From Rhodospirillaceae bacterium (GTDB lineage Bacteria > Pseudomonadota > Alphaproteobacteria > MPNO01 > UBA2964): a DNA stretch of 64,000 nucleotides. The stretch covers positions 393,619 to 457,618 of the forward strand of contig PBIN01000014.1 of NCBI GenBank assembly GCA_002720855.1. Direction: 5' to 3'. Both the position numbers and the translations under genes were made by a program. How positions within the stretch are numbered: position 1 is the first letter of the stretch; each line of letters begins with the position of its first letter. A model generated the notes under the pieces. That model searched no databases. It saw nothing but the letters and a program-made list of their open reading frames with translations, and was not told where the DNA came from. This document shows, one piece after another, positions 21,137-32,076 of this stretch.

Positions 21137-21520
21137 TTGGCGTCCATCCTAATTGCAGAAGACGACAAGGCCGTAAGAGAGTTTGTTAGCCGCGCGCTGA
21201 AGCAGGATGGCCACGACGTGACAGCCGTTGGTGACGGTATGCAGGCACTAAACGCTCTGCAAAATCAGCAATTCGATATGCTCCTTGCGGACATTGTGAT
21301 GCCCCAGCTCGATGGTATTGCTCTTGCTCTCAAAGCATCAAAAGACTATCCGGAACTACCCGTTTTGCTTATGACGGGGTACGCCGCTGAACGTCAACGG
21401 GCGCACAATCTGGACGCACTGATTCACGATGTCATATCCAAACCGTTTACGTTGACCGAAATCAGGGAAACGGTTCGTCGCATCACGAACACCATTGGTC
21501 CTGACGAGACTGTCCATTAG
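21137..21520 (+). CDS. Single-domain response regulator, CpdR2-like
   Basis: ILIAEDD, DIVMP, KPF; hpt/DUF4175/lysA context; TTG start after AGGGAG. Confidence 0.85.
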   Translation: MASILIAEDDKAVREFVSRALKQDGHDVTAVGDGMQALNALQNQQFDMLLADIVMPQLDGIALALKASKDYPELPVLLMTGYAAERQRAHNLDALIHDVISKPFTLTEIRETVRRITNTIGPDETVH

Positions 21521-21545
21521 CAAATAAAGTTTGATATCCGCGGCG

Positions 21546-24044
21546 CTAGAAGCGCTGTAGCAATCTTTCGATGTAGTCGAGTTCCAGTTTTGGCCGGAAA
21601 CCTTCACCAGACCGGCGGCGGAGTTCATCAAGAATTTCGCGGGCGCGCTGAACCGAACTTGCGTCTGGAATCTCGATGCCATCCGTATCAATATCCTCGC
21701 CCATAATTTCGCGCCCGAGCGGGTCGCGACGAGGTCGGTTTTGTTGGTTTCCGCGATTCCGTCGCTGACCGGACTGTCGCGCAAATCGATCCATCATTTG
21801 TTGCATAAGGCTGCGCCCCGCCCTTCGAAGAGCATTGAGTGCCTGGCCCTGCGAACCGACAGCATCTACAGGACGACCGCTTTCGAGAGCGCGAGTCGCG
21901 TTGCCCATGGCACGATCAGCCTGATCCATCGCCTGACCAGGGCCCTGGCCACGACCTTGCCCCGGTTGTTGGCCAGGTCGTCGACTCCGCATCATCCCCC
22001 GCAATTTACGGAGTGCATCGCGAATAGCCTGTTGTTCCGCAGCACTTGGCGCGCGACCCCTCTGGCCGGATCGGGACCCACGGAATGTACGTTCCATAAG
22101 TTCCTGCTGCTGTTGAATGAGACGCTGCAACTGACGTAAGGGGCCGCCTCTTTGGCCGCCGCGACCGCCGCGTTGCCGAATGACCTGCATCGATCGCATA
22201 CCTTCTAGCATGCGCTGCAAACGCGCGAGAAGTTCGCGCGCCGCCTGTCGGGAGCCCGATCGCATGAGGTCGCGAATTTGGTTGAGCATGCGGTTGAGGT
22301 CTTCCGAGCGGAACATCCGCATTGTACTGGGGTCAAACTCGATCGCTTTTTGTGCATTGGGGTTGCGGCGCATCTGTTCCTGCAAAGCTTGCAGGTATCG
22401 AGCGATGGCACGCCTTAGCTCGCGCATAAGCCTATCGAGTTCTTTTTCACTGGCGCCTTCAGCCAGCGCTTTCATGAGGGCATTTTGTATGCGTCTGAGC
22501 TCCCGCTCTGCGACCGATAGGCCGCCATCCTCCAAACGAAGAGCTGTGTCCCACAGAAGATCAATAACGGGATCAACAGCTGCTTCCGTTTGGTCGTGTA
22601 TAAGGCGCGATCGTGCGGATGCCAGTGATAGATAAACGACCGAATCGTGGTCAAAATTGCCCGGGACAGACGCGATACCGGCCAGTCCTCGCAAAACACG
22701 TCCTCGTAACTCTGGTTGCTCCGAGAGTTTTCGGCGTTGTTCGATGATCGCGCGGGCCACTGGATGGTTGAAAATGCGTTCCGGCAATATCATTCGAATG
22801 CGCTTTGCCTGCCCAATCTGCCCTTGGCCATCCTTGGCAAACATATCGATTATTACGGGTAGGCCCGCCCATCTGTGAGGTGCAAGATCAAGAAACGTCG
22901 TTTCGTTTACCGATTTTGCGCTCAGCGCTGGCAACGGTAAATCGACCTTATGCACCGCTAATCCCGTCACAGTTCCTCGCTCATATACGCGTCGAATTTC
23001 AAGGTGCGCTTGCTTTACGCCATAATCGTCGGACGCTTTAAAGGACAGCCGTAAAGTGGCCTGAGGTGTGGCCGCAGGTTTTTCGTCGGCAAATGCAATC
23101 TCCGGCGGATTGTCAGGAATAACTTTGATATCGAGACGAGCGACTTCCTTGTCATCCGCGACCAGAACATGTTCGCCGGGACGAACAATTTTATAAGTTA
23201 ATTTGCTATAGGCTGAATCAACCTTTTCGAACGGTATTTCGGTCTTTGCTGTAATTAACTTTGGATGGGTGTTCCGTTGACCCTGGATTTGCGCCGTTAA
23301 AATACTGCCAGTTGGCACGCGAACAGTTTGGCCTGCCGCCGGCGTTTCGGATTCGGTTTCAACCTTTTTCGCATCGGGGTTTCTCAAAGGAAATAGGGGA
23401 GCCTTACCGGTATACTCCGGAGGTGTAATCCAAAGATCCAGGGCCAATTGTTTAGGATTAACAATTTCGCCAATAGCAGGCGTAACCGCCTTCGCAAATC
23501 GGTTAATCGGATCAGACCAACCGGCGGTCACCGCAATAACCAGGAGCAAGGCCAGGGCAGCACGGAGTGCCAGCGGATCTCTTTTTGCAAGATCCGGTTC
23601 GGGGATGCCTACGCGCAGGGACTTTGAAGCGACGGCCATACGTTGCTGGTGAAGCTTCCACAAAGCCGTACTGTCAGCGGCGTTGTTTCCCGACACCAAG
23701 GTGTCATTGATTGCTGTCAGTGGACGGTGGTCAAGGCCGCTGGCCGTTTCAACCCGACGACGGGCCGCCAGGTTGGCCGGCCAGTGAAATTGTCGAAAAG
23801 CCCGTATCAGAAAATAGCCGGAGCAGCCTATAAATATCAGAAGGATTATAGCGTGTAGCCAACCATTGATTGCGGGCAGGACGTCGAGAAGCGCCAGCGA
23901 ACAGAAGAAAGTAATGACAGCAGCGAGTGGCCAAATTGCCGGCCACAAATGTTCCCACACGAGCGCGAGGCGTGCCAAGGTGAGTTTTGTGCCTAATTTG
24001 ACGCCGGTTGCATTGGATTCATTTTGTTTCATGTCGTCCATCAT
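21546..24044 (-). CDS. TIGR02302/DUF4175 membrane protein
   Basis: N-terminal TMs, WITPPEYTG, DDYG, coiled coil, RDPLGR, ELDYIERLL; start uncertain (24032-24056). Confidence 0.88.
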   Translation of the reverse strand: MMDDMKQNESNATGVKLGTKLTLARLALVWEHLWPAIWPLAAVITFFCSLALLDVLPAINGWLHAIILLIFIGCSGYFLIRAFRQFHWPANLAARRRVETASGLDHRPLTAINDTLVSGNNAADSTALWKLHQQRMAVASKSLRVGIPEPDLAKRDPLALRAALALLLVIAVTAGWSDPINRFAKAVTPAIGEIVNPKQLALDLWITPPEYTGKAPLFPLRNPDAKKVETESETPAAGQTVRVPTGSILTAQIQGQRNTHPKLITAKTEIPFEKVDSAYSKLTYKIVRPGEHVLVADDKEVARLDIKVIPDNPPEIAFADEKPAATPQATLRLSFKASDDYGVKQAHLEIRRVYERGTVTGLAVHKVDLPLPALSAKSVNETTFLDLAPHRWAGLPVIIDMFAKDGQGQIGQAKRIRMILPERIFNHPVARAIIEQRRKLSEQPELRGRVLRGLAGIASVPGNFDHDSVVYLSLASARSRLIHDQTEAAVDPVIDLLWDTALRLEDGGLSVAERELRRIQNALMKALAEGASEKELDRLMRELRRAIARYLQALQEQMRRNPNAQKAIEFDPSTMRMFRSEDLNRMLNQIRDLMRSGSRQAARELLARLQRMLEGMRSMQVIRQRGGRGGQRGGPLRQLQRLIQQQQELMERTFRGSRSGQRGRAPSAAEQQAIRDALRKLRGMMRSRRPGQQPGQGRGQGPGQAMDQADRAMGNATRALESGRPVDAVGSQGQALNALRRAGRSLMQQMMDRFARQSGQRRNRGNQQNRPRRDPLGREIMGEDIDTDGIEIPDASSVQRAREILDELRRRSGEGFRPKLELDYIERLLQRF

Positions 24045-24095
24045 TACCCCAGCCAAAAGTCAGGCGGCATCGTGAGAGGACCTATGACCTAAGTT

Positions 24096-25352
24096 TCACA
24101 GCCAATGGGGCAAATGGTCAAGCGACAAAATCTCGTCATAGCTGGGTCGCGGGCGAATTACGCTAAAATCTCTGTGATTGACCATGATTTCAGGGATTGG
24201 CGGACGCGTATTGTAGCTTGAGGCCATAACCGCACCATATGCGCCGGCTGATTTGAAACAAATCAGATCATTCTCTTCCAAGGTTGGTAAGTGTGTATTG
24301 CTTGCGAGAATGTCACCAGTTTCGCAAACAGGACCTACAATTTCTGACACGTATGTACTTTCTCCAGACCGTTCAGCAACAGTAGCTACCGCGTGGATAG
24401 CGTCATAAAGAGTTGGCCGGATGAAATCATTCATTGCCGCATCGACGACCACAAAACGCTTCGTTGCGGTCTCTTTGACCTGAATGACGGAAGTTACCAA
24501 TAATCCGGCATTACCGACGAGAACGCGTCCTGGTTCGAATGTCAGCTCAACGTCAAGATCGCCAACTGTTTCGGCGACGACGGCAGCGTAGTCTTGGGGT
24601 TCGGGTGGTGTCTCCCCGTCATAAACTATGCCGAGGCCGCCGCCTAAATCGAGGCGGTTCACATCAAACCCGGCAGCGCGCAACGCGTTTACCATCGCTG
24701 CAACGCGCGAAAAGGCTTCTTGGAAGGGATTGAGCGTCGTGAGTTGCGATCCAATATGAACCGCGAGGCCGACAGGTAATATGCCCGGCAATTCCATCGC
24801 ATGTTCGTACAGGTCGGGGGCGAGATCAATGTCTATGCCAAACTTGTCCTCTTTCCTGCCGGTAGAAATCTTGTCGTGGGTATGGGCATCGACATCCGGA
24901 TTGACGCGAAAGACAACTGTTGCAATTTTTTCCTGTTCAATCGCGACTTCGTTAAGAACGTCAAGTTCTCCAACGGACTCCACATTGAATTGTCCAATGC
25001 CCGCATTGATCGCGAATTGCATTTCAGACCGTGTTTTGCCTACCCCTGAAAATACGATTTCTGAAGCCGAGATGCCGGCGGCAAGCGCCCGACGGGCCTC
25101 ACCTTCGCTAACAACATCTGCTCCGGCTCCCAATTTTGCCAATGTCCGAATGACGGCCTGGTTGGAGTTAGCTTTTATGGCATAGCAGATCCGACCGTTC
25201 ACAACCGCGAGCGCGTCGGCCATAGCTTGATACTGGTCGATGAGGGTCGAACTGGAATAACAGTAAAAGGGAGTCTTCACTGCAGCCGCAATGTCGCTGA
25301 TGGCGACGTCCTCTGCGAACAGTCGTCCATCGCGATACTCGAAGTGGCTCAT
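24096..25352 (-). CDS. lysA: Diaminopimelate decarboxylase
   Basis: YAIKAN, HIGSQ, EPGR, CETGD, GAYG..M.S.YN. Confidence 0.96.
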   Translation of the reverse strand: MSHFEYRDGRLFAEDVAISDIAAAVKTPFYCYSSSTLIDQYQAMADALAVVNGRICYAIKANSNQAVIRTLAKLGAGADVVSEGEARRALAAGISASEIVFSGVGKTRSEMQFAINAGIGQFNVESVGELDVLNEVAIEQEKIATVVFRVNPDVDAHTHDKISTGRKEDKFGIDIDLAPDLYEHAMELPGILPVGLAVHIGSQLTTLNPFQEAFSRVAAMVNALRAAGFDVNRLDLGGGLGIVYDGETPPEPQDYAAVVAETVGDLDVELTFEPGRVLVGNAGLLVTSVIQVKETATKRFVVVDAAMNDFIRPTLYDAIHAVATVAERSGESTYVSEIVGPVCETGDILASNTHLPTLEENDLICFKSAGAYGAVMASSYNTRPPIPEIMVNHRDFSVIRPRPSYDEILSLDHLPHWL

Positions 25353-25480
25353 CGCGGATATTCCCTCGGGTAGTCCGTTTTCTTGGATCCGGGCGGGGGT
25401 TCGAGGTCACCTTTTTTTCCGCAAGCGGAAAGCGGCGCTGCCAAAGCACACAATAAAATCAAATAAGCAAACAGGCGCAT
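25349..25480 (-). CDS. lptM: Small lipoprotein, LptM/YifL/LppL family (43 aa; absent from ORF track)
   Basis: Hand translation [43 protein letters not shown]; lipobox LSAC + GKKGDL.P; overlaps argH stop and lysA start. Confidence 0.85.
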   Translation of the reverse strand: MRLFAYLILLCALAAPLSACGKKGDLEPPPGSKKTDYPREYPR

Positions 25481-26937
25481 CACAGGAACCTCTCACGGGC
25501 GCTTTTTACCTGGGCCAGCACATTGTCTGGGGCGGTGCCACCATAACTGGTCCGGCTAGATACTGATTCTGCCACACCCAGAACCGAAAATACATCATCG
25601 GTTATTTGCGATTCCACCGATTGCATTTCGTCCAGCGTAAGCTCATCAAGATTGCGATTTGAGGTCTCTGCAAGTCGAACCAGTTCGCCGGTAACATGGT
25701 GGGCCTTCCTAAACGGCAATCCAGCAACACGAACGAGCCAATCGGCAAGGTCGGTTGCCGTGGTGAAACCTTCACCAGCTGCATCCTTCAACCGGTCAAT
25801 ATTAAATTCTATATCGTTGACCATACCGGTCATGGCGGCGATGCAGACACCAAGCGATTCAGAAGCGTCAAAAACCGGTTCTTTGTCCTCCTGCATGTCC
25901 TTTGAATAAGCCAAAGGCAAACCCTTCATCACTGTAATGAGTCCAATCAGAGCTCCAACGACCCGGCCACTCTTGCCACGGACAAGTTCGGCCGCATCGG
26001 GGTTGCGCTTTTGCGGCATGATCGAGCTGCCGGTGGTGAAGGCATCGCTAAGCTTTGCGAATGAAAACTGTGCTGAACACCAGACAACTATTTCTTCCCC
26101 CAAGCGGGAAAGATGGAGTGATGTAATTGTTGCCGCTGACAAGAATTCTAATGCGAAATCGCGGTCAGATACGGCATCCAGTGAGTTTGCCGTTGGTCGG
26201 TCAAAACCAAGTTCCTTTGCGGTCTGGTCGCGATCAATTGCAAATGAGGTGCCCGCAAGCGCTGCTGAGCCCAGCGGGCTCTCATTAAGCCGCGTCCGCG
26301 CATCCTGAAACCGGCCCCGGTCACGACCGAGCATTTCAACATAGGCGAGAAGATGATGACCTACTGTTACAGGTTGAGCGGCCTGCAGGTGCGTAAAGCC
26401 TGGCATAACGACCGCAGCGTTCTTTTCAGCCTGGTCGATAAGTGTTGTCTGCAGGACATTTAATGCTTCATCGATTGCGTCAATAGTATCGCGAACCCAA
26501 AGTTTGAAATCCGTAGCAACCTGATCATTGCGGGACCGGGCCGTATGGAGCCGCCCGGCGTCATCGCCAATAATTTCTGTTAGCCGTCCTTCAATATTGA
26601 GATGGATATCTTCAAGCGCGTTCTTGAACTCAAACGTTCCCTCTTCAATCTCCACCCTAATTTTTTTGAGACCCTCAATAATCTGCTCGCCTGCGGCAGA
26701 ATCGAGAATTTCTTGTTCAACCAACATCTTGCAATGGGCAATCGAACCTACGATATCTTGTGCATAAAGTTTTTGGTCAAAACCAATCGAGACGTTGATG
26801 GCTTCCATAAGAGTATCGGGGGCCTGGCTGAATCTGCCGCCCCACATCGCGTTCGAGACATTTTGACTTTCCCGGACAGGGCTGCCCGTGGCAGGGTCAG
26901 CCTGCGTCCCGGTTGTCGGTGTACTCTTCGCGTTCAT
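25480..26937 (-). CDS. argH: Argininosuccinate lyase
   Basis: [27 protein letters not shown]; start placed at ATG 26937. Confidence 0.96.
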   Translation of the reverse strand: MNAKSTPTTGTQADPATGSPVRESQNVSNAMWGGRFSQAPDTLMEAINVSIGFDQKLYAQDIVGSIAHCKMLVEQEILDSAAGEQIIEGLKKIRVEIEEGTFEFKNALEDIHLNIEGRLTEIIGDDAGRLHTARSRNDQVATDFKLWVRDTIDAIDEALNVLQTTLIDQAEKNAAVVMPGFTHLQAAQPVTVGHHLLAYVEMLGRDRGRFQDARTRLNESPLGSAALAGTSFAIDRDQTAKELGFDRPTANSLDAVSDRDFALEFLSAATITSLHLSRLGEEIVVWCSAQFSFAKLSDAFTTGSSIMPQKRNPDAAELVRGKSGRVVGALIGLITVMKGLPLAYSKDMQEDKEPVFDASESLGVCIAAMTGMVNDIEFNIDRLKDAAGEGFTTATDLADWLVRVAGLPFRKAHHVTGELVRLAETSNRNLDELTLDEMQSVESQITDDVFSVLGVAESVSSRTSYGGTAPDNVLAQVKSARERFL

Positions 26938-26968
26938 CGTTCTGTCTTTACTCAGTTCAAGAGGTAAA

Positions 26969-27556
26969 ATGCGAAAATTTATCCTCACTTCCACAGCCAT
27001 TATCGCCGCGGGCATCGCCATGTGGGCGGTTTTTGCTCATAAATCAAGCGAAAATCAGGCTATAGCCGCCACAAAATCACCTCCCTTAACGGGCTGGATG
27101 GAGAATTTTACCCCGGCGGAACCACTCGGACCAGCACCGGAACTGGAAATTTTAGCCAAGGATGGCAAAGCCATTTCGTTAAATGAATTCCGTGGAAAGC
27201 TGGTACTCGTCAATTTTTGGGCAACCTGGTGTGCGCCTTGCATCCGGGAAATGCCGTCATTGGCAAAATTGCAAAAACAGCGGGGCGGCAAGGAATTTAC
27301 CGTGCTGGCTTTATCGCAGGATTTTAAAGAATGGAAAGCGGTCAATCCTTTTCTCGAAAAGCATAAGCTGGATGGATTGCCGATTTATGTAGACCGTAAA
27401 ATGGCCACTGGGCGGAAATTAAAAGTCATTGGACTCCCGACGACGGTCTTGCTTTCAAAGAAAGGGCAAGTGCTCGGCAGTTTAAAAGGCATAGCTGAAT
27501 GGGATGCGCCGGAAGCGCTGGCGCTGATCGATCATTACCTCAAGGTTGATCGTTAG
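26969..27556 (+). CDS. tlpA: TlpA disulfide reductase
   Basis: N-terminal anchor, [15 protein letters not shown]; divergent from argH. Confidence 0.9.
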   Translation: MRKFILTSTAIIAAGIAMWAVFAHKSSENQAIAATKSPPLTGWMENFTPAEPLGPAPELEILAKDGKAISLNEFRGKLVLVNFWATWCAPCIREMPSLAKLQKQRGGKEFTVLALSQDFKEWKAVNPFLEKHKLDGLPIYVDRKMATGRKLKVIGLPTTVLLSKKGQVLGSLKGIAEWDAPEALALIDHYLKVDR

Positions 27557-27561
27557 GTTTA

Positions 27562-28482
27562 TCAGCGCGTGGGAACAGGCTTCTCGCCCGAATAGTCGTA
27601 AAACCCGCGGCCAGATTTTCGACCAAGCCATCCGGCCTCGACATATTTTACGAGCAAGGGACAGGCGCGATATTTACTGTCGCCAAACCCGTCATACAAG
27701 ACATTCATGATGGCGAGACAGGTATCGAGCCCCACAAAATCTGCGAGTTCAAGCGGACCCATTGGTTGGTTGGCGCCAAGCTTCATGGCGGCATCAATAT
27801 CAGCGACACCACCCACCCCCTCGTGAAGCGCAAAAATTGCTTCATTCATCATCGGAACAAGTATCCGGTTAACGATAAAGGCCGGGAAATCCTCTGATGT
27901 AATCGAGATTTTACCGAGCTGGGCGACAACGTTCTCGATTGCCGAAAATGTCTCGTCTCCGGTAGCGATTCCCCTAATCAATTCCACCAGTTTCATGATC
28001 GGCACGGGGTTCATGAAATGTATACCCATGAAACGTTCCGGACGATCAGTTGTGGCGGCAAGGCGGGTGATCGAAATGGATGATGTGTTGGTTGCTAAAA
28101 TTGCGTCATCACGAAGGAACGGAATCAATTTCTCGAAGATTGCAATCTTTACCGATTCATTTTCTGTCGCGGCTTCGATGACCAGATCGCATTCGCCAAA
28201 AGCCTCGTATTCAGTTGAGGTTGCAATGTTGGACATAGCGGCTTCAACTTGTTCTGTCGTTAGCCGTTCTTTTTCTAAAAGGCGATCAAGGCGTCCCCGA
28301 ATTCCGGAGATCGCTTTATCCAGAACCTCTTGCGAAATATCTGCGAGACAAACCGCGTATTCCCCCTGAGCGCAAACCTGAGCTATTCCACTGCCCATTT
28401 GCCCGGCACCGACGATGCCTATTTTTCTAATTTCCACCGAACTCTTCGTTTCGTTGATTTCGAGATCTTCGTTGTCACGCAA
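27562..28482 (-). CDS. hbd: 3-hydroxybutyryl-CoA dehydrogenase
   Basis: GAGQMGSG, TNTSSI, HFMNP, GRKSGRGFY; true start may be GTG 28437. Confidence 0.93.
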   Translation of the reverse strand: MRDNEDLEINETKSSVEIRKIGIVGAGQMGSGIAQVCAQGEYAVCLADISQEVLDKAISGIRGRLDRLLEKERLTTEQVEAAMSNIATSTEYEAFGECDLVIEAATENESVKIAIFEKLIPFLRDDAILATNTSSISITRLAATTDRPERFMGIHFMNPVPIMKLVELIRGIATGDETFSAIENVVAQLGKISITSEDFPAFIVNRILVPMMNEAIFALHEGVGGVADIDAAMKLGANQPMGPLELADFVGLDTCLAIMNVLYDGFGDSKYRACPLLVKYVEAGWLGRKSGRGFYDYSGEKPVPTR

Positions 28483-28490
28483 ATAGCCTG

Positions 28491-29444
28491 TTATCGCGGC
28501 TTAACGTCCTGTTTGTCTAATTCTGCCGCAAGGGCGGGCATTTCTTCGAAGAGATCGCCCACGAGACCGTAATCCGCAACCGAGAAAATCGGTGCTTCTT
28601 CGTCCTTGTTTATGGCGACGATCACTTTGCTGTCTTTCATGCCTGCAAGATGCTGGATCGCCCCGGAAATACCGATTGCCATATAAAGCTCGGGCGCGAC
28701 GATTTTGCCCGTCTGTCCAACCTGATAGTCATTGGGCACGTAACCGGCATCGACGGCGGCGCGCGATGCACCAACGGCAGCACCAATCTTGTCGGCGACA
28801 GTTTCCACGAGATGAAAATTGTCACCCGATTGCATCCCGCGGCCACCAGAAACGACAACCCGCGCGGAGGTCAGCTCCGGGCGCTCTGATCTGGTTAGTT
28901 CCTGACCAACAAATGTTGAGAGTCCGGGGTCTTCCGAAGAATCGGCGGATTCGATCGGGGCACTGCCACCAAGCTCTGCCTTTTCGAAGGCTGTGCCGCG
29001 AACGGTAATCACCAGCTTGTCATCGCTCGCCTGTACTGTCGCCATCGCATTGCCCGCATAAATCGGACGGACAAACGTATCGGCTGACTGAACTTCCATA
29101 ATGTCTGAGACCTGAACGATATCAAGCAAAGCCGCAACTCGCGGAGCGACATTCTTGCCATGCGTCGTGTGTGGTAAAACGAGATGGCTATAATCACCGG
29201 CCATGCTAACAAGCAATGCTGCAAACGGTTCTGCGAGCCCATTTGCATATAGCGCATTGTCCACCATTCGGACTTTGCTGATTCCGGCTATTGCGGAAGC
29301 GCCATCGGCGGCTCCCTGACAATTTTCGCCCGCAACCAGAATTTCTACGTCGCCAGCGCCAAGTGCAACCGCTGCAGTAACGGTGTTTAGTGTAGCGCCT
29401 TTGATCTCATGATTGTCATGTTCGGCAACAACGAGGACAGCCAT
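28491..29444 (-). CDS. etfA: Electron transfer flavoprotein alpha
   Basis: [30 protein letters not shown]. Confidence 0.96.
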   Translation of the reverse strand: MAVLVVAEHDNHEIKGATLNTVTAAVALGAGDVEILVAGENCQGAADGASAIAGISKVRMVDNALYANGLAEPFAALLVSMAGDYSHLVLPHTTHGKNVAPRVAALLDIVQVSDIMEVQSADTFVRPIYAGNAMATVQASDDKLVITVRGTAFEKAELGGSAPIESADSSEDPGLSTFVGQELTRSERPELTSARVVVSGGRGMQSGDNFHLVETVADKIGAAVGASRAAVDAGYVPNDYQVGQTGKIVAPELYMAIGISGAIQHLAGMKDSKVIVAINKDEEAPIFSVADYGLVGDLFEEMPALAAELDKQDVKPR

Positions 29445-30199
29445 CAGATTACTCCTGCTTCGTTTTTGAGTTTGTCTACCAGTTCGGCCACATCGGCCAC
29501 TTTGCCACCACCCTGACGCGGAGGTGGCTCGTCAACTCTTAGGGTCTTCAGTCTCGGTGCCGCATCAACCCCGAGGTCTTCGGGTGAATATTCATCGATT
29601 TGCTTCTTTTTGGCTTTCATGATGTTCGGCAAAGAGGCATAGCGCGGCTCGTTGAGCCGTAAATCTGTCGTAACGACCATTGGCATGGACAGCGAAACTG
29701 TTTCCAGGCCACCGTCAACCTCGCGGGTGACTTGCGCTTTTCCATCTGCGATTTCAACTTGTGACGCAAAAGTGCCCTGAGCCCAACCCATCAATGCAGC
29801 TAGCATTTGGCCCGTTTGACTGCAGTCGTCGTCAATAGCCTGCTTTCCGACAATTACCATGTCCGGATTTTCTTTTTCGCATAATGCTTTAAGAAGTTTT
29901 GCAACAGCTAGAGGCTGTAGTTCTTCATCAGTTTTGACGTGAATGCCACGATCGGCACCCATAGCAAGGGCTGTTCGAATTGTTTCAGTGCATTTTGCTT
30001 CGCCCAGTGAAACGGCAATCACTTCTGAAGCGGTGCCCGCTTCGAGCAAGCGTACGGCTTCTTCTACCGCAATTTCATCAAAGGGGTTCATGGACATTTT
30101 GACGTTGGCGAGTTCAACGCCGGTATTGTCACCCTTTACACGTACTTTGACGTTGTAATCGATGACCCGTTTTACGGCGACGAGAATTTTCATTTTCAA
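29444..30199 (-). CDS. etfB: Electron transfer flavoprotein beta
   Basis: [32 protein letters not shown]. Confidence 0.96.
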   Translation of the reverse strand: MKMKILVAVKRVIDYNVKVRVKGDNTGVELANVKMSMNPFDEIAVEEAVRLLEAGTASEVIAVSLGEAKCTETIRTALAMGADRGIHVKTDEELQPLAVAKLLKALCEKENPDMVIVGKQAIDDDCSQTGQMLAALMGWAQGTFASQVEIADGKAQVTREVDGGLETVSLSMPMVVTTDLRLNEPRYASLPNIMKAKKKQIDEYSPEDLGVDAAPRLKTLRVDEPPPRQGGGKVADVAELVDKLKNEAGVI

Positions 30200-30323
30200 T
30201 CCGGATATTTTACAAGAAAAACGGCGCTACAGACGAACCGCATGCACCAATAATCATATGTATACGAACAAAGTCGGGCAGGATCAAGATTCAGCGACTA
30301 AGAAGTTTTATTGCCCTATAAAG

Positions 30324-30521
30324 TTACTTGCCGTCCATCAAAAAGGCGATGGCCACCAGCGCGATAGCCACGCCCTGGCACAGAACGCGATAGCGCATCA
30401 AAATGTTTGAACGTTTGGCATTCGCTTTGCCCGGCTTCAGCATACCGACAACACCAGTCGCCATTACCAAAAAGGTGAGGCCAACGGCAATAATGATTAG
30501 CCAGGGGAATGTTTGTTGCAT
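30324..30521 (-). CDS. HIG1-like twin-transmembrane small protein
   Basis: Two TMs flanking SNILMRYRV..Q motif; usual position upstream of etfB. Confidence 0.85.
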   Translation of the reverse strand: MQQTFPWLIIIAVGLTFLVMATGVVGMLKPGKANAKRSNILMRYRVLCQGVAIALVAIAFLMDGK

Positions 30522-30584
30522 GAAGGAACTATAATGGTTGGCGTCTTAATGTGACAGGTTTTATCGGAATCTTAATTTAGAGCT

Positions 30585-31136
30585 CTAGTCGCTCGAGCAT
30601 ACAGAATGTATCGCTTTCGGAATTTCGAATTTCCCTTTGACATCTTTTGCCCAGTTGCAGGCCAAGACACGCGCCCTTGAAATTTCTTTGGCCGACATTC
30701 GGTGTTCGAGGTCCTCTATCTTCGATCTGGAAAGTATTTGTCGCTGGGCCCGGTGGGTCATATGGGAGCTGGTCCAATACCACTGCAATGCTTTGATTTT
30801 ATCATGGGCGACCCCGCGACCGGTTTCATAGAGTTCTCCGAGACTGTATTGGGCCTTGGCAAGACCGCTGTTCGCCGCCTTTTTCAGCCATTTCGCCCCC
30901 ATTTCGAAATCCTGTTTGCCGACATAGCCGATCATATACATGAACGCCAGATCATGTTGCGATCGTACATCTCCTTGTTCGGCAAGACGCTTGAATGTCA
31001 CAAAGGCGACATGAAAATTTCCCCGGTCCAGTTCGAATACGCCATCCTTGTAGGACAGGGGTTTCTGTGCCGCAGTGGGATCCCCCAATATGCAGATCAC
31101 CAAAATCATAAGGATTCTGGTCAATGGTCGTTTCAT
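30585..31136 (-). CDS. Secreted Sel1-repeat (TPR-like) protein
   Basis: Signal peptide; AEQG..SQ..LA.MY..G and AQYSLG.LY..GRGV repeats. Confidence 0.82.
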   Translation of the reverse strand: MKRPLTRILMILVICILGDPTAAQKPLSYKDGVFELDRGNFHVAFVTFKRLAEQGDVRSQHDLAFMYMIGYVGKQDFEMGAKWLKKAANSGLAKAQYSLGELYETGRGVAHDKIKALQWYWTSSHMTHRAQRQILSRSKIEDLEHRMSAKEISRARVLACNWAKDVKGKFEIPKAIHSVCSSD

Positions 31137-31227
31137 TTGAAGAGTGTAGGGCGAAAATCACTATTCACACTATAAAAACAGTGCGGTTTCGGTTGACAGT
31201 CCAAAAGGCGCGTGGCGCTCTATCGCC

Positions 31228-32076
31228 ATGAGTTTATTGGACAGAATTAACGATTGTAACAATGGAACGGATGTTTCCGCCTATCGGCCATTTGAAGTAA
31301 ATCAAACGCGAGTCGGCTGGATTCACCGTCGTTTTTCGGCGGCGCTCGAGCCTTTTGAGGATGTCTTCAATATCCACGAAAAAACGATTTCGCTTTCCGA
31401 CAAGCTGAAGGATTATCAATCCAGAAGTGCCGGTCTCGATGTGGTTTTGCGTTCGCTGGATGAGGAGGGCTGGTTTCCCGGTTGGCGCGATGAAGCGTAC
31501 CCGGTGGGGACAGGGTTTTACGATCAGCCGATCTTGGAGATGGAGCGTACGGCAGTTCCGCGCTTCGGAGTTTCTGCGTACGGCGTGCATATCAACGGAT
31601 TTGTAAGAGACGGGGACAAATTGTTGATGTGGATTGCGCGGCGTGCGGACGACAAACCGACTTATCCCGGGATGCTTGATAACTTTGTGGCCGGCGGTCA
31701 GCCCGTTGGGCTCGGTCTTATGGAAAACGTTCTCAAAGAATCAGCGGAGGAAGCCGCCGTTCCAGAGGAAATCGCCCGCAAGGCCCGGCCGGTGGGCGCA
31801 ATTTCGTATCGGCGTGAAGAAGATAACTGTTTGAAACCAGACGTGATGTTTGTGTTCGATATGGAATTGCCGAGGGACTTTGTTCCAACCAATACCGATG
31901 GCGAACTTTCCGATTTTAGTCTTTTGCCGGCACAGAAGGTCATGGAGATCACGGCCGATACCGCTGATTTCAAATTCAATTGTGCTGCCGTCAATGTCGA
32001 TTTTTTTATACGACATGGAATTTTGGGACCGGATGACCCCGACTATGTCGAGATTCAGCGCGGGCTCCATCGGTGA
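31228..32076 (+). CDS. DUF4743 + NUDIX hydrolase
   Basis: GWRDEAY, YGVHINGF, DNFVAGG...KESAEEA Nudix box. Confidence 0.88.
   Translation: MSLLDRINDCNNGTDVSAYRPFEVNQTRVGWIHRRFSAALEPFEDVFNIHEKTISLSDKLKDYQSRSAGLDVVLRSLDEEGWFPGWRDEAYPVGTGFYDQPILEMERTAVPRFGVSAYGVHINGFVRDGDKLLMWIARRADDKPTYPGMLDNFVAGGQPVGLGLMENVLKESAEEAAVPEEIARKARPVGAISYRREEDNCLKPDVMFVFDMELPRDFVPTNTDGELSDFSLLPAQKVMEITADTADFKFNCAAVNVDFFIRHGILGPDDPDYVEIQRGLHR

Noticed and set aside
21700..22200. Gln/Gly/Arg-rich low-complexity stretch
   Set aside because: A normal feature of the DUF4175/TIGR02302 C-terminus, not a DNA repeat array.
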